Source of the DNA: Nitrososphaerales archaeon
GTDB lineage: Archaea > Thermoproteota > Nitrososphaeria > Nitrososphaerales > UBA213
Reading direction: 5' to 3'
Length of the DNA: 64,000 bases
Assembly: GCA_965197925.1 (NCBI GenBank)
Contig: CBDAOC010000019.1
Coordinates: 352,001-416,000 of the forward strand
In this document: in pieces, positions 53,301 to 63,293 of the stretch
Layout of the letters: each line of letters opens with the position of its first letter
Position numbering within the stretch: position 1 is the stretch's first letter
Program-made: the position numbers and the translations under genes
The notes under the pieces: model-generated
Seen by the model: only the letters and a program-made list of their open reading frames with translations
What the model was told of the DNA's origin: nothing
The model's database searches: none

Positions 53301-54410
53301 TCATTTACTCGCATTTTCGATAATCGTTTTCCACTTGTTATCACCCTTGATCTCAATTCCTGTCCTGTCTGCTGGCGTATCTCCATCCAATCCCATGTGA
53401 GGCTTGATAAAATTATGGTATAGCTTGATTCCTGCAATGGCTGGTGAATCGTCTTTTTTCAATCCTCTAAAGACTTTCTCACGATCCCGAAATTCTCCAT
53501 TAAGGCGTTCTTGAATATTGTTGTTAGCTAGCTGATTCTTGAAATGCACTTCCTTAACGTGCTTTGATGGCTTGTGCAGAAAGTTCTTTGGTGCATATTC
53601 CTTCTTGAAGGCATTATTGTAAGCTGGAAGTCCGTCTGTGACAAATACACTGGGTACCTTCTTAGCTACATCTTTTCCCATCTTTAGAAGACTTTGTGCA
53701 TCATGCTTAAACTTGCTATCTGCTACTTCTTGGGCTATCCAAAATCTAGTTTCTGAATCCATCATAGCAAAAAGGTATTTTCTATCACCTTTTACTTTAA
53801 GCCACACTTCATCTGCATGCCATTTGTCACCTACTTGTGGAGTAATGGTTGAGAGATAGTTATCCATGAGTTTAGTGTATTTCTTTATCCAACGATAAAC
53901 TGTGGTATGGTTTACATTGATTCCCTGTAGCTTGATGAATTTCTGAACTCCACGCAAGGATTCACCAGTAAAGTAAAGCTGCATTGCAGAGGTTATGATT
54001 TGAGGGGATGCATGCATCTTCTCAAATCCCAGATTGATAGAGAATCTTTTCTTGCAGTCAAGACACTTTAGCCTTTGAATGGAGTGTGTCTTGTTCTTTC
54101 TGATTCCGTCTTTTCTTAGCTGGTTAGATTTGCAGAAAATACAACAGTCAATATTTATAGAAGCCAAGACAACTTTTGGCTTTACTTCTTTTCTAATGGC
54201 TAGGCTAATCTCTACTGCATGAATGTGTTTGCAGCAGATTTTTCTAAAGTTATGATCCTCACAGGAGCAAGACCAACCAAACTCAGTACCGACAACATCA
54301 TGGATAATATTTCTTGTCTGGCTATTCACTTCATAGTGGGTTTCATCTAGTCTTCTGATTTGATCTTGCTTTTCTGTAATTTCTTTTCCTCTAAGTTCTC
54401 TTTGATTCAT
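53301..54410 (-). mobile_element. IS6-like DDE transposase with N-terminal SWIM and zinc-ribbon domains, intact ORF
   Basis: SWIM CSC...CKH, CIFC/CLDC, HTH TTVYRWI, DDE residues in WHADE, VTDG and NNIQER. Confidence 0.87.
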
Positions 54411-54414
54411 ATAT

Positions 54415-54464
54415 TATAGGCATATTAATGCCTATATAAGTTATGCCCTTAAATATAGGCATAA
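54415..54464. promoter_or_regulatory. Operator-like inverted repeats in the divergent transposase/AbrB promoter
   Basis: TATAGGCAT-ATTA-ATGCCTATA followed by TTATGCC...GGCATAA. Confidence 0.6.
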
Positions 54465-54488
54465 ATATAACGGGTCATAAAGATAGAC

Positions 54489-54662
54489 ATGAAGAATTTA
54501 ATAAAATATTCAAACGTTGTAATTGCAAACAAGAATCAAACTGTACGCTGTACAATTCCTAAAGACATTGCAGAGTTGTTAGAGATTACAACAGATGACA
54601 GATTAAAATGGACGTTAGATGTTAAGACAGGACAAATTGTTTTGGAGCTGGTGAGGGATTGA
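54489..54662 (+). CDS. AbrB/MazE/SpoVT-family DNA-binding protein (not in ORF track)
   Basis: MKNLIKYSNVVIANKNQTVRCTIPKDIAELLEITTDDRLKW..., with the typical TIPKxIxxxLxI..D pattern. Confidence 0.8.
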   Translation: MKNLIKYSNVVIANKNQTVRCTIPKDIAELLEITTDDRLKWTLDVKTGQIVLELVRD

Positions 54663-54710
54663 ACGTACTATGACACAAGAAGTTAACCAAGACGATGCGG
54701 AGGCAAACTT

Positions 54711-55193
54711 TTGAGATATATGGGCAATAAACAATTACTAACCCCAGAAATTTTGGAATTATTAGGGAAAAAGGGATTATTAGATAATAATTTAACATTA
54801 TTCGATGCTTTCTGTGGTACTGGATCTGTTTCTGATGCTTTGAAAGGCTCGTTTAACATCGTAGCTAATGACATACTCAGCTGGTGTACCTTATACACCA
54901 AAAGTCGTCTTTGCGCTGGAGATTGCAAGTTTAAAAAACTTGGCTTTGATCCTTTTGAGTTTTTTAATTCTAATGATAAAAAAATTGAAGGTTTTTTATT
55001 CAAAAACTATTCCCTTGGAGGCTCTAAAAGGATGTATTTCTCCCCTGAAAATGCTAAACGAATTGACTATTTCAGGGCAAAAATAGAGGATTGGAAAAAG
55101 GATGATTTATTGACTGGGAAGAGGTTGAGAAAATACTGCGTGAGGAATTATTCCGGGAAAGGAAAAAACACCATGAAACCCTGGTTAGGATAA
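54711..55193 (+). pseudogene. Truncated N6-adenine DNA methyltransferase (D12/FokI-like)
   Basis: MRYMGNK, FDAFCGTGSVS and RMYFSPENA motifs; ends before any DPPY motif. Confidence 0.8.
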
Positions 55194-55212
55194 CACAGGA
55201 AAAAAACAGATA

Positions 55213-56247
55213 ATGATACAATCTATTTTCCCAATAATCTTAAAAAATAAATACATACCTGCATTGACCATCCTTCTACCAATTATATTTCTCAAGGCAA
55301 TAATCATTCTCTCCCATCCGACATGTATCGGGTTTGATTGCAGTACCTACATCAGGATTCTTGAACATCCTGAGGAATGGCAGGAGAAACATGGACTGAT
55401 TGAACCACTGTTTTTCGTCATGGCAAACCCATTGATGTCATTATTCAGTCCAGGTGACGTCATGAAAATAATGCAGTTCGGTGCGCATGCCAACCTTACA
55501 GTCGGCACGTTCATCCTGATGCGCAAACAATTTGGTATGAACGCCGCAATAATTGGAACCTTGCTGGTGAGCTTCATCGCACAGATGAATGTGTATATGA
55601 CGGAATTGGTACGCAACATGATTTCATTGAGCATTTTTCCATATGTCCTTTACTTCATTTACAACAACAAGAATGAAACACCAAGGCAGTATGCCTGCAT
55701 CCTGATACTATCGGTGTTGATGTTGCTGGCGCACAGGTCATCAATTGTACTAGTTGGCGCAATAGGCGTCTATATGATCTGGCAGCACAGGCAGGCAAGA
55801 TTGCATATTCCAGTTATCGTGGTATTGTTGTCAGTTGCAATTGGCTATAGTTTGATGATACAAACCACTAGTGGGACAGCAGGAAGCCCGACACCGGGAC
55901 ACAATTTCATCTTGTTGTTGTTACCGCATTTATGGGTCCTGGTTCCAATATTCAGGACAAGGCTCCACCATCATTGGATGGTGAAAATTCTGCTGCTCTC
56001 AGTAATCCCCTCATTCATGATGCTCCCATTCATAGGATTCAGCATGGCACAGCGATTGATAATAGAAACACATTTACCATTAACCTACATGCTAGCCATC
56101 CTCATATCGATGTTATTTGATGGGAGGATATTATCACCTATTAAATCACGACACTTGCGAATCATTGCGACCATATTCATATTGGCACTGCTTATCATTG
56201 ATGCCCCTGTTTCACTGACATTCCTAATTACCAGGTATGGCCAGTGA
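55213..56247 (+). CDS. Polytopic membrane protein, possibly GT-C glycosyltransferase-like
   Basis: About 9-10 hydrophobic segments with an Asp in the first loop (GFDCSTY). Appears more GC-rich than its flanks. Confidence 0.6.
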   Translation: MIQSIFPIILKNKYIPALTILLPIIFLKAIIILSHPTCIGFDCSTYIRILEHPEEWQEKHGLIEPLFFVMANPLMSLFSPGDVMKIMQFGAHANLTVGTFILMRKQFGMNAAIIGTLLVSFIAQMNVYMTELVRNMISLSIFPYVLYFIYNNKNETPRQYACILILSVLMLLAHRSSIVLVGAIGVYMIWQHRQARLHIPVIVVLLSVAIGYSLMIQTTSGTAGSPTPGHNFILLLLPHLWVLVPIFRTRLHHHWMVKILLLSVIPSFMMLPFIGFSMAQRLIIETHLPLTYMLAILISMLFDGRILSPIKSRHLRIIATIFILALLIIDAPVSLTFLITRYGQ

Positions 56248-56411
56248 CATGATGATAACAGGATAAAATAAAAAAAGGTAATAAATATGTCTAATTCATA
56301 TAATATAGTAGGTGACAATGATGGTATTTGAACGAGCTAAATGGGCATTGGTACTTATTGGCGAAGCAGGAGAGATAAAGTTCTAATATGCATCATAAGA
56401 GGAGGGGTGTT

Positions 56412-56513
56412 ATGGCTGTGTGTCTAAAATGTGGAATTGTTTATTCCATGTGTGAGAAATGCAATCATCTCACACCGACCGTGAGTGAGTTTAAACCCTT
56501 AATTTATTTCTAG
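56412..56513 (+). CDS. 33-aa CxxC-CxxC microprotein
   Basis: MAVCLKCGIVYSMCEKCNHLTPTVSEFKPLIYF*, preceded by the SD-like GAGGAGGGGTG. Confidence 0.45.
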   Translation: MAVCLKCGIVYSMCEKCNHLTPTVSEFKPLIYF

Positions 56514-56519
56514 CGTTAT

Positions 56520-57116
56520 ATGCTATTTTTCTCAATGAAAAAATACACAGATGAACAAATAACCAATATGGTAGAAGAAGGTGATAGCAATGCATTTGAA
56601 GGTCATTGTCACCGATTGAAATATCTGGTTTCTATTGAAGGTGAATGGGTTATTAAAGCTCCAGCACTAGCTTTAGAATATTACGAAGCCAAGTTGTGTT
56701 GGTATAACGGTGCCCATGTTGCTACAATTATTATGGCTCAGCTAGCTTTTGAAGAATTAATTCGTTCACACTATCGTCAAGCGGCAATCAACATGAAATT
56801 AAAATCGGGAAAACTTGTTGATGTCGCAGGATTTTCGGAGCTTATTGATGAAGCATTATCAGACGAATATATTACTGAAGACGAAGGAAAGAAATTACAT
56901 GAGATCAGAAAAGTTAGTAATCCCTATGTTCATGTTAAGGATATTAAGATGAAAGGCAATAAACAAGATTTGGATTCACCTAGTTTTTTTACTCAGGATT
57001 TGAAGATTCATGCCCCCGAATTGATTGGAATTGGAATTATAGACGAAGCCAGAGGAGTACTCCTGATAATGATTAATTTGTTTCAAAGTATAGGTAATCG
57101 TACAATGGGTTTGTAA
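56520..57116 (+). CDS. HEPN/DUF4145-like protein
   Basis: EAKLCW..G..ATIIM..AFEE..R, FSELIDEA and LHEIRKVSNPYVH (HEPN R..NxxxH-like) motifs. Confidence 0.6.
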   Translation: MLFFSMKKYTDEQITNMVEEGDSNAFEGHCHRLKYLVSIEGEWVIKAPALALEYYEAKLCWYNGAHVATIIMAQLAFEELIRSHYRQAAINMKLKSGKLVDVAGFSELIDEALSDEYITEDEGKKLHEIRKVSNPYVHVKDIKMKGNKQDLDSPSFFTQDLKIHAPELIGIGIIDEARGVLLIMINLFQSIGNRTMGL

Positions 57117-57273
57117 TGAAATGGCATGCCTAGATTTATATTGAATATAGTTAATTCACATATTCATTATTATTATACGAGTTAGGTTTTAAGGGGGTAT
57201 AAAGAGGGTGAGTAGTCGGGCGAATGTCGCCTCCCATCGTACCACACTACTCACACTCCGTACCATTCCTCAC

Positions 57274-57921
57274 CTAACTCGCATAATTAGCTACAGATGC
57301 TAGCCTAGGTTTTGGTTTATTGGTTTGTATATATTCTTCTGCAATTCCATGCCTCTTACCAGTTTTTGTAATAAAACCTTCATACTCTAAAATGTCAAGT
57401 ACAGCTTTAATTGGTTGACGATTTTCTACAATACGGTTTGGTAATATTGTATTTAACTCTGCTTTGTAAAACTGTTTTTTTGGAATTTTATTCAATACCG
57501 TTGATATAGTAGAGCCAAAGTCATTTAGACTTCCTAAGTTAATCTTGCGTTGATTATATGTGGAACTTATTACTACTGCTAGATACTCTAGCGTCTCTTC
57601 TTTCTTGTAATACACATAACGACCCAAGGCACCACGAATCATCTTGGCAGCTTTCGCTTCATGGATTTTCATAAATCCTTCTGGCACTTGAATCAGATCT
57701 TCAATTGGTTTTACTTCATCATTTGATTGACCGATTTCAATGGTAAGATAGCCATCAGGTGAAATGTTTACTGATAATCTTCTTGATGATTCATCATTCT
57801 CTGAAATATGTTTTCCATCTAGCTTAAGCAGGTATTTGGTAAAACCACTAATTTCAATTCCATCAAACATACTCTTGCTTTCCAGCCTTCCTTTTTCTCC
57901 AAGTTTGAACTTACCTAGCAT
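57274..57921 (-). CDS. Hypothetical protein, possible C-terminal winged helix
   Basis: 215-aa ORF with AVLDILEYEGFITKTG and its own TATA (TTTATATA) about 25 bp upstream. Confidence 0.7.
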   Translation of the reverse strand: MLGKFKLGEKGRLESKSMFDGIEISGFTKYLLKLDGKHISENDESSRRLSVNISPDGYLTIEIGQSNDEVKPIEDLIQVPEGFMKIHEAKAAKMIRGALGRYVYYKKEETLEYLAVVISSTYNQRKINLGSLNDFGSTISTVLNKIPKKQFYKAELNTILPNRIVENRQPIKAVLDILEYEGFITKTGKRHGIAEEYIQTNKPKPRLASVANYAS

Positions 57922-57987
57922 GGAGAATAATAGGCTCTGTTACGCTATATAAATGCTGCGTGCAGCGTGGTGCAGCATACAATAGCG

Positions 57988-58911
57988 TTATATAACATGA
58001 ATATTAGTAGATTCGTCTATCTCCCTTGTTTGCTTCCAAGTATCTACACGTTTATAGTTAGGAATAGGAAGATCGGGAATACTCAGAAGTAGTGATTTAT
58101 TGCGTAAGCCATTTGTTTTATTAAGTCTTTGTTTAGCAAGTTTAACATACTGTAGTTCAATATCGAATCCTATGAATTTTCTTCCAGAATACTTCGCAAC
58201 TTTCGTAGTTTGTCCACTCCCATTAAAGGGGTCGAGAATTAGATTATCGATATATGAATAAAGATGAATCAATCTATATGGTATCTCTTCAGGAAATGGG
58301 CATGGATGACCTATATGTCTGGGTGGTACGGGTGCTATATGCCATACAGAATTGGCTATCTCTTTTTTAACAAAATCATTTAAAGTAAGTTTACCAATCT
58401 CTAACTTTTGGACATGGTTTATTCCTTTCTGCAACACCAAAATATTTTCATGCATTATGTTAGCGCGATAATATGTTGGATAGGGGTGCTGTACTGTTAC
58501 ACCGAATCTTCTTGCACCTCCAGTAACCTTATGCCATATTATTTCTTCATGTAATTTCCAACCAACTTTAATCAGTTTAGTAAGTAAAAGACTTGGAAGT
58601 GGAATAAGTTCGCCATTCTTTATTTCATTTCCAATTACAATACAGCAATATCCTCCTTCTTTAGTTACTCTAAAAACTTGTGAAAATATTTGTGTCATCT
58701 TATTGAGATACTTTTTAATAGAAATTTTTGTCGTACCCCGGAAGTTTTCCTGTTTATTAGACCGTAGATTTTTTAAATGTGAATTGTAATTTATAGCATT
58801 TCCATAAGGAGGCGACGTAATAGTCAAGTTGATCGTTTCTGAATCTAGTTTCCCAAGAAGTTTGAGGCTATCTCCACTTACTATTATGTTTTCATACTGT
58901 GAAGTTGCCAT
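57988..58911 (-). CDS. Site-specific DNA methyltransferase, beta class (probably N4-cytosine)
   Basis: TSPPY precedes HPCPFP and ILDPFNGSGQT (motif order IV then I). Confidence 0.9.
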   Translation of the reverse strand: MATSQYENIIVSGDSLKLLGKLDSETINLTITSPPYGNAINYNSHLKNLRSNKQENFRGTTKISIKKYLNKMTQIFSQVFRVTKEGGYCCIVIGNEIKNGELIPLPSLLLTKLIKVGWKLHEEIIWHKVTGGARRFGVTVQHPYPTYYRANIMHENILVLQKGINHVQKLEIGKLTLNDFVKKEIANSVWHIAPVPPRHIGHPCPFPEEIPYRLIHLYSYIDNLILDPFNGSGQTTKVAKYSGRKFIGFDIELQYVKLAKQRLNKTNGLRNKSLLLSIPDLPIPNYKRVDTWKQTREIDESTNIHVI

Positions 58912-59338
58912 GTCCCTAGAGTATCTTCTCTTATTGTTACATAAAATTGTTACATAAACTTTTTAGATCTAAATTCATATTAGGATCATGTTTTCTCCAC
59001 AATTATGAGAAAATGCTTATCTTTTGGTTTGATCCTCCAGCATATCTCATCTTGCATGCATCCTTATAGGCTGGCAAACCATCATTCTGTGGCAAAGCTG
59101 CATACTGGACTTTAGTGCGATACACCTGATCCATTATTTTTATTTTTTCAAACTTTATTATGACCTCATTCTATAGAATAATAGTAGGTTAACCTGCAAA
59201 AACAGGTAGCCTACAAATACAAGGGTACTGGCCACGGCACAATCAAGATGGGTGGTTTTTAGTGCTCGTTTCTCTCATTAGTAGAGGATATTACAGTACG
59301 TTTAATTAATTGTATGATTATATGATTATATGATTAAG

Positions 59339-59485
59339 ATGGCGAAGACAAGGCCAATTGGGGGTAATGATAAGGGTGAACGTAGTAAATCTAAAACTAA
59401 TATACCGACAGAAACAATTAAGGCAATAATAGAAAGTGCTATACAACAGAACCCTATAGTCTTCAAAAGACTGGCAGAGATTTAA
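59339..59485 (+). CDS. Putative antitoxin of Doc toxin (48 aa; not in ORF track)
   Basis: MAKTRPIGG...AIIESAIQQNPIVFKRLAEI*. Its stop overlaps the toxin start (TAATG). Confidence 0.65.
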   Translation: MAKTRPIGGNDKGERSKSKTNIPTETIKAIIESAIQQNPIVFKRLAEI

Positions 59486-60105
59486 TGGTTGATGTTACAA
59501 AAGACGATTTAATTAAGATACATGAAATTATTCAGGAAACTTTCAATATTACACCGGGAATAAAAGATGATGGGCTGCTAGAATCTATTGCAGAAAGACC
59601 TAGCCAAAATCCATACAATCATACTCCATTCCCAAATATTTATTCTAAATGTGCTAGTATAATGGAAGCCATTATAAAATGGCATCCGTTCATAGACGGG
59701 AATAAGAGAAGTGGATTACATGCTGCTCATCTGTACATGCACGTTAATGGTTATACATTAGTGATACCGGTAAGTGCGGTTAGATTCTCAGTATTGGTTG
59801 CCCAAGACGAAAAAGACTTGGATGAAATTACACAATGGATCCGCAAATTATCGGCTAAAGGGCGGAGGGAACTTGCCTACAAAACGATTCTATATTTTCT
59901 TTTACCGCTTTTCAAACCGCTGATATTATCTATATTCAGCCAAAAAAAATCCAATAAAACAATTGAAGGCTGGCTCGCTTTTGACATTTATCCAGAATAT
60001 AGAAATGAATACAAAAAGACACTTAATTTCATATATGAATTAATGAATATTGGTATAAGGAACGTAACAAAAACAGGAACTAGGCCCTTGGGTCAGACAG
60101 TATAG
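59485..60105 (+). CDS. Fic/Doc-family (death-on-curing type) toxin
   Basis: HPFIDGNKRSG motif, GIKDDGLLESIAERP, and a hydrophobic C-terminal extension. Confidence 0.9.
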   Translation: MVDVTKDDLIKIHEIIQETFNITPGIKDDGLLESIAERPSQNPYNHTPFPNIYSKCASIMEAIIKWHPFIDGNKRSGLHAAHLYMHVNGYTLVIPVSAVRFSVLVAQDEKDLDEITQWIRKLSAKGRRELAYKTILYFLLPLFKPLILSIFSQKKSNKTIEGWLAFDIYPEYRNEYKKTLNFIYELMNIGIRNVTKTGTRPLGQTV

Positions 60106-60260
60106 GATCGCTATTATTGTGGCGAGCTGCCAACGACTAGAGCCGCTGGCTTCCTCATTCAATGGGCTGGCATGACCTTGCCGTTACCAGTTCACTCAAC
60201 CGCGATCAATTTTTTTGGCACTATATAACGACCGTCAGATTTGTCAAAATTTTAAAATGG

Positions 60261-60918
60261 CTAGTTTACGTTTTCGTATATTCTAGATACTATAGTGTAA
60301 TTTACATTGTCAATTATTGGGAACAATATACTAAATGATCTTCCTTCCTCTAGATACCTTAGTATGTTCCTATGTGTATGTTCTAGCCTAGTTAGTCTCT
60401 TGGTTAATTTTTGAATTTCTTCATCCTTCTCCTTCTGTTGTACCTCCTCAAACGCCTCTACAGATAACGGCCAACGAACATTTATCACAGTACTTGTTAT
60501 TCAATTGATTCAAGTGCTTACAACGGAGGCATACCCTTGAGGTTTCTTGTGGTTTCTGTTCTTCTACTTTACCCAACCCATGATGAGCCAGTATCATGGG
60601 TGTCACGTCCTTACCGGATAGGTGAATGCACCTTGAAGCCATAGGCGAATCTGGGGTCCAACCTGCATGATTCTTCAGTATCTGATCGGGTACAGACTTG
60701 GCATATTCCGTAAGTTTGGAATGTCTTAACACATAGGGGTTCCAACACCGTTTATTCATTTTATGGTTTAGCGTTTCTTTGAGTTTCCTAAACAGCATAT
60801 TTAGACTCATGTGGTGCATTGTTGGTTTGTATCTGTATTGACTCTTTTCACTACGAAACAAACCATGATATCTAACAGCGTTTTTATTTTTATTATGGCT
60901 CGTTAGTTTCCAATTCAT
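60261..60918 (-). pseudogene. Tyrosine recombinase/integrase remnant
   Basis: YVLRHS and HAGW..DSPMASRCIH (expected Tyr is Cys), C-terminal Zn ribbon, frameshift near 60460-60480, N-terminal half missing. Confidence 0.8.
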
Positions 60919-61089
60919 ACCAAATTCTAATTTAGGTTTGAGTAGCTCATATTAAGTATAGATATGTTGTTATCAAGTTTTTGTCCAATGCCTAAGTTCT
61001 CCCATTACTTCATAAAATAATGAATTTTAGTATGAAAACTATGAGTAATATAAAAGGAATGGATGAATCTTTAAAGAGAAACGAACATT

Positions 61090-61509
61090 GTGACAAATGT
61101 GAACAGGGAAATTAACGAAGGGTATCACTGTGTCGCTTGTTGTATGTATATCACTACTCATATCAATGAAAGCAAACCACAGTGTTTCTTATGCAGGGGA
61201 GCTCTTAACCGAGTAACAGATTCTAATGGTAAGATTATAAAACAACAGAGAGAGTGTCGTAAATGCAATATCAAGATTCATTGCCCAATAAATCAGAAAT
61301 GGCTCAGAAAGTACGAAAAGGCTTTGGCTTCACAAAAGGAAGTTGATAATAAAATAGCCTCGATTCAAGCTATGGCTCTCCAACTTCATGATAAACTCCA
61401 TGAAAATCTTAACGATGGTTCTTATGCCTTTTTCCTAAATTCACCACACTTTCCTCCAGAGCCTGAAACCCTATTATCTACGCCCATATCTCCAGAGGGT
61501 GAGGAATAA
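61090..61509 (+). CDS. Cys-rich hypothetical protein
   Basis: CVAC, CFLC and CRKC motifs followed by a coiled-coil-like segment. Confidence 0.55.
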   Translation: MTNVNREINEGYHCVACCMYITTHINESKPQCFLCRGALNRVTDSNGKIIKQQRECRKCNIKIHCPINQKWLRKYEKALASQKEVDNKIASIQAMALQLHDKLHENLNDGSYAFFLNSPHFPPEPETLLSTPISPEGEE

Positions 61510-61669
61510 CCAAATAAGTCAACAAGCAGTAAATATAGGCTCTGTAGAAACCATTCTATAAAGACAGTAATTGCTTACAATATGAACAGAATGACCCCTA
61601 AAAATATCAAAATAAAATGTCTCAAAAAGTAAGTTTATTATTTTTGGGACGGCAGGTTATGTAATATGA

Positions 61670-62283
61670 GTGTTTTTCGGGGTAAATTCGACCAAGGTTA
61701 ACAAGTTGGAACAACAAATTACTCCTAGAGAATTCGAAGAATATGTTGTTGCAGTGTTGAAGGAATTAGGTCATTATGACATTAAACATGTTGGCAAAAC
61801 AGGAGATCATGGAGTAGATATTCTTTCGATCAAGAGCAATCGGATTCACGCAACTCAGGTGAAATTAGTATCCTCTCCAATTGGAGAACCAATCATCAGA
61901 GATCTTGCGGGATCAGTGAAGGCTGTTAGAGCTGATGTCGGTTTGATATTTACGAATTCTACTCTGACCAATGCTGCCGAAACTATGGCTAATCTCTTGG
62001 GAATATCTTGCTATACAGGCGTGAGGCCAAAGAAGAAACTCCCGCTAAAAATTGAAGAAATAGAATCAATTGCAGAAGAATGGGTAACCAAAACCAAAAA
62101 AAGTATAATGAATTCGATATAACATCAGTCGAACCATCAAGCAAATCGTTTGGTATGTATGAAGTTAGATTCAACTGCATGTTCAAAGAAGGTTTTTTTC
62201 CTCGGAAGGAGCATCACGTTCAACTAATCGTTCTGGTAAACACAACTTCCAGATCGGTGGTCGGCTATACGGTAGAACACTAA
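61670..62283 (+). CDS. Mrr-like (type IV) restriction endonuclease, split at an A7 run
   Basis: PREFEEYV, GDHGVDI..ATQVK and IFTNSTLT..A motifs. A second frame (62080-62283) continues past A7 at 62096-62102. Confidence 0.8.
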
Positions 62284-62843
62284 AGGTATAGAACACTAAA
62301 GGTATAGAACACTAAAGGTATAGAACACTAAAGGTATAGAACACTAAAGGTATAGAACACTAAAGGTATAGAACACTAAAGGTATAGAACACTAAAGGTA
62401 TAGAACACTAAAGGTATAGAACACTAAAGGTATAGAACACTAAAGGTATAGAACACTAAAGGTATAGAACACTAAAGGTATAGAACACTAAAGGTATAGA
62501 ACACTAAAGGTATAGAACACTAAAGGTATAGAACACTAAAGGTATAGAACACTAAAGGTATAGAACACTAAAGGTATAGAACACTAAAGGTATAGAACAC
62601 TAAAGGTATAGAACACTAAAGGTATAGAACACTAAAGGTATAGAACACTAAAGGTATAGAACACTAAAGGTATAGAACACTAAAGGTATAGAACACTAAA
62701 GGTATAGAACACTAAAGGTATAGAACACTAAAGGTATAGAACACTAAAGGTATAGAACACTAAAGGTATAGAACACTAAAGGTATAGAACACTAAAGGTA
62801 TAGAACACTAAAGGTATAGAACACTAAAGGTATAGAACACTAA
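62273..62843. repeat. Perfect 16-bp tandem array, 35 copies plus 11 bp
   Basis: Unit TAGAACACTAAAGGTA with no spacers. Two more copies at 62926-62957. Confidence 0.97.
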
Positions 62844-62958
62844 GGCATTAGGGGCGGATTGATATAAAAGGACATATTTTTTGAAAAACAGAAGAGTGTA
62901 CAGAAATAGTTTTACCATATAGAATTAAAGGTATAGAACACTAAAGGTATAGAACACG

Positions 62959-63020
62959 TTTGTACACTTTGGAAAGTTGCGCTTTGGAATTTCAGAATTT
63001 TTTTTTTCAAAGTGTACAAA
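62959..63020. repeat. 13-bp perfect inverted repeat
   Basis: TTTGTACACTTTG-N36-CAAAGTGTACAAA, with a related half-site GAGTGTACAGAAA near 62894. Confidence 0.8.
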
Positions 63021-63293
63021 ACAAATTATGGAAAAATCGAATTTCGCTCTCTCATCACTCTAGTATATAAAGCTCGTAGTGATCCTTGTGTCGGCATATG
63101 TAGGTCATTTCGCTTATTTTGGTTGATAATTACACAATATTTCTCATAAATAGCCCTCCCATGGTGGTCTACTGTCACCTTTCTGTCGGAGTTCTTCTAC
63201 TATCCCGACAGTAATTACAAACTTTTCTTCCTTAGATTTTTCCTTGGTTAATTTCGTGTCTGAATTTCCCAGTTTTTCCTCTCTTTTTGGTTC

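Noticed and set aside
62273..62843. CRISPR array
   Set aside because: Units are contiguous and identical with no spacers, 16 bp is too short, and no cas genes are in the window.
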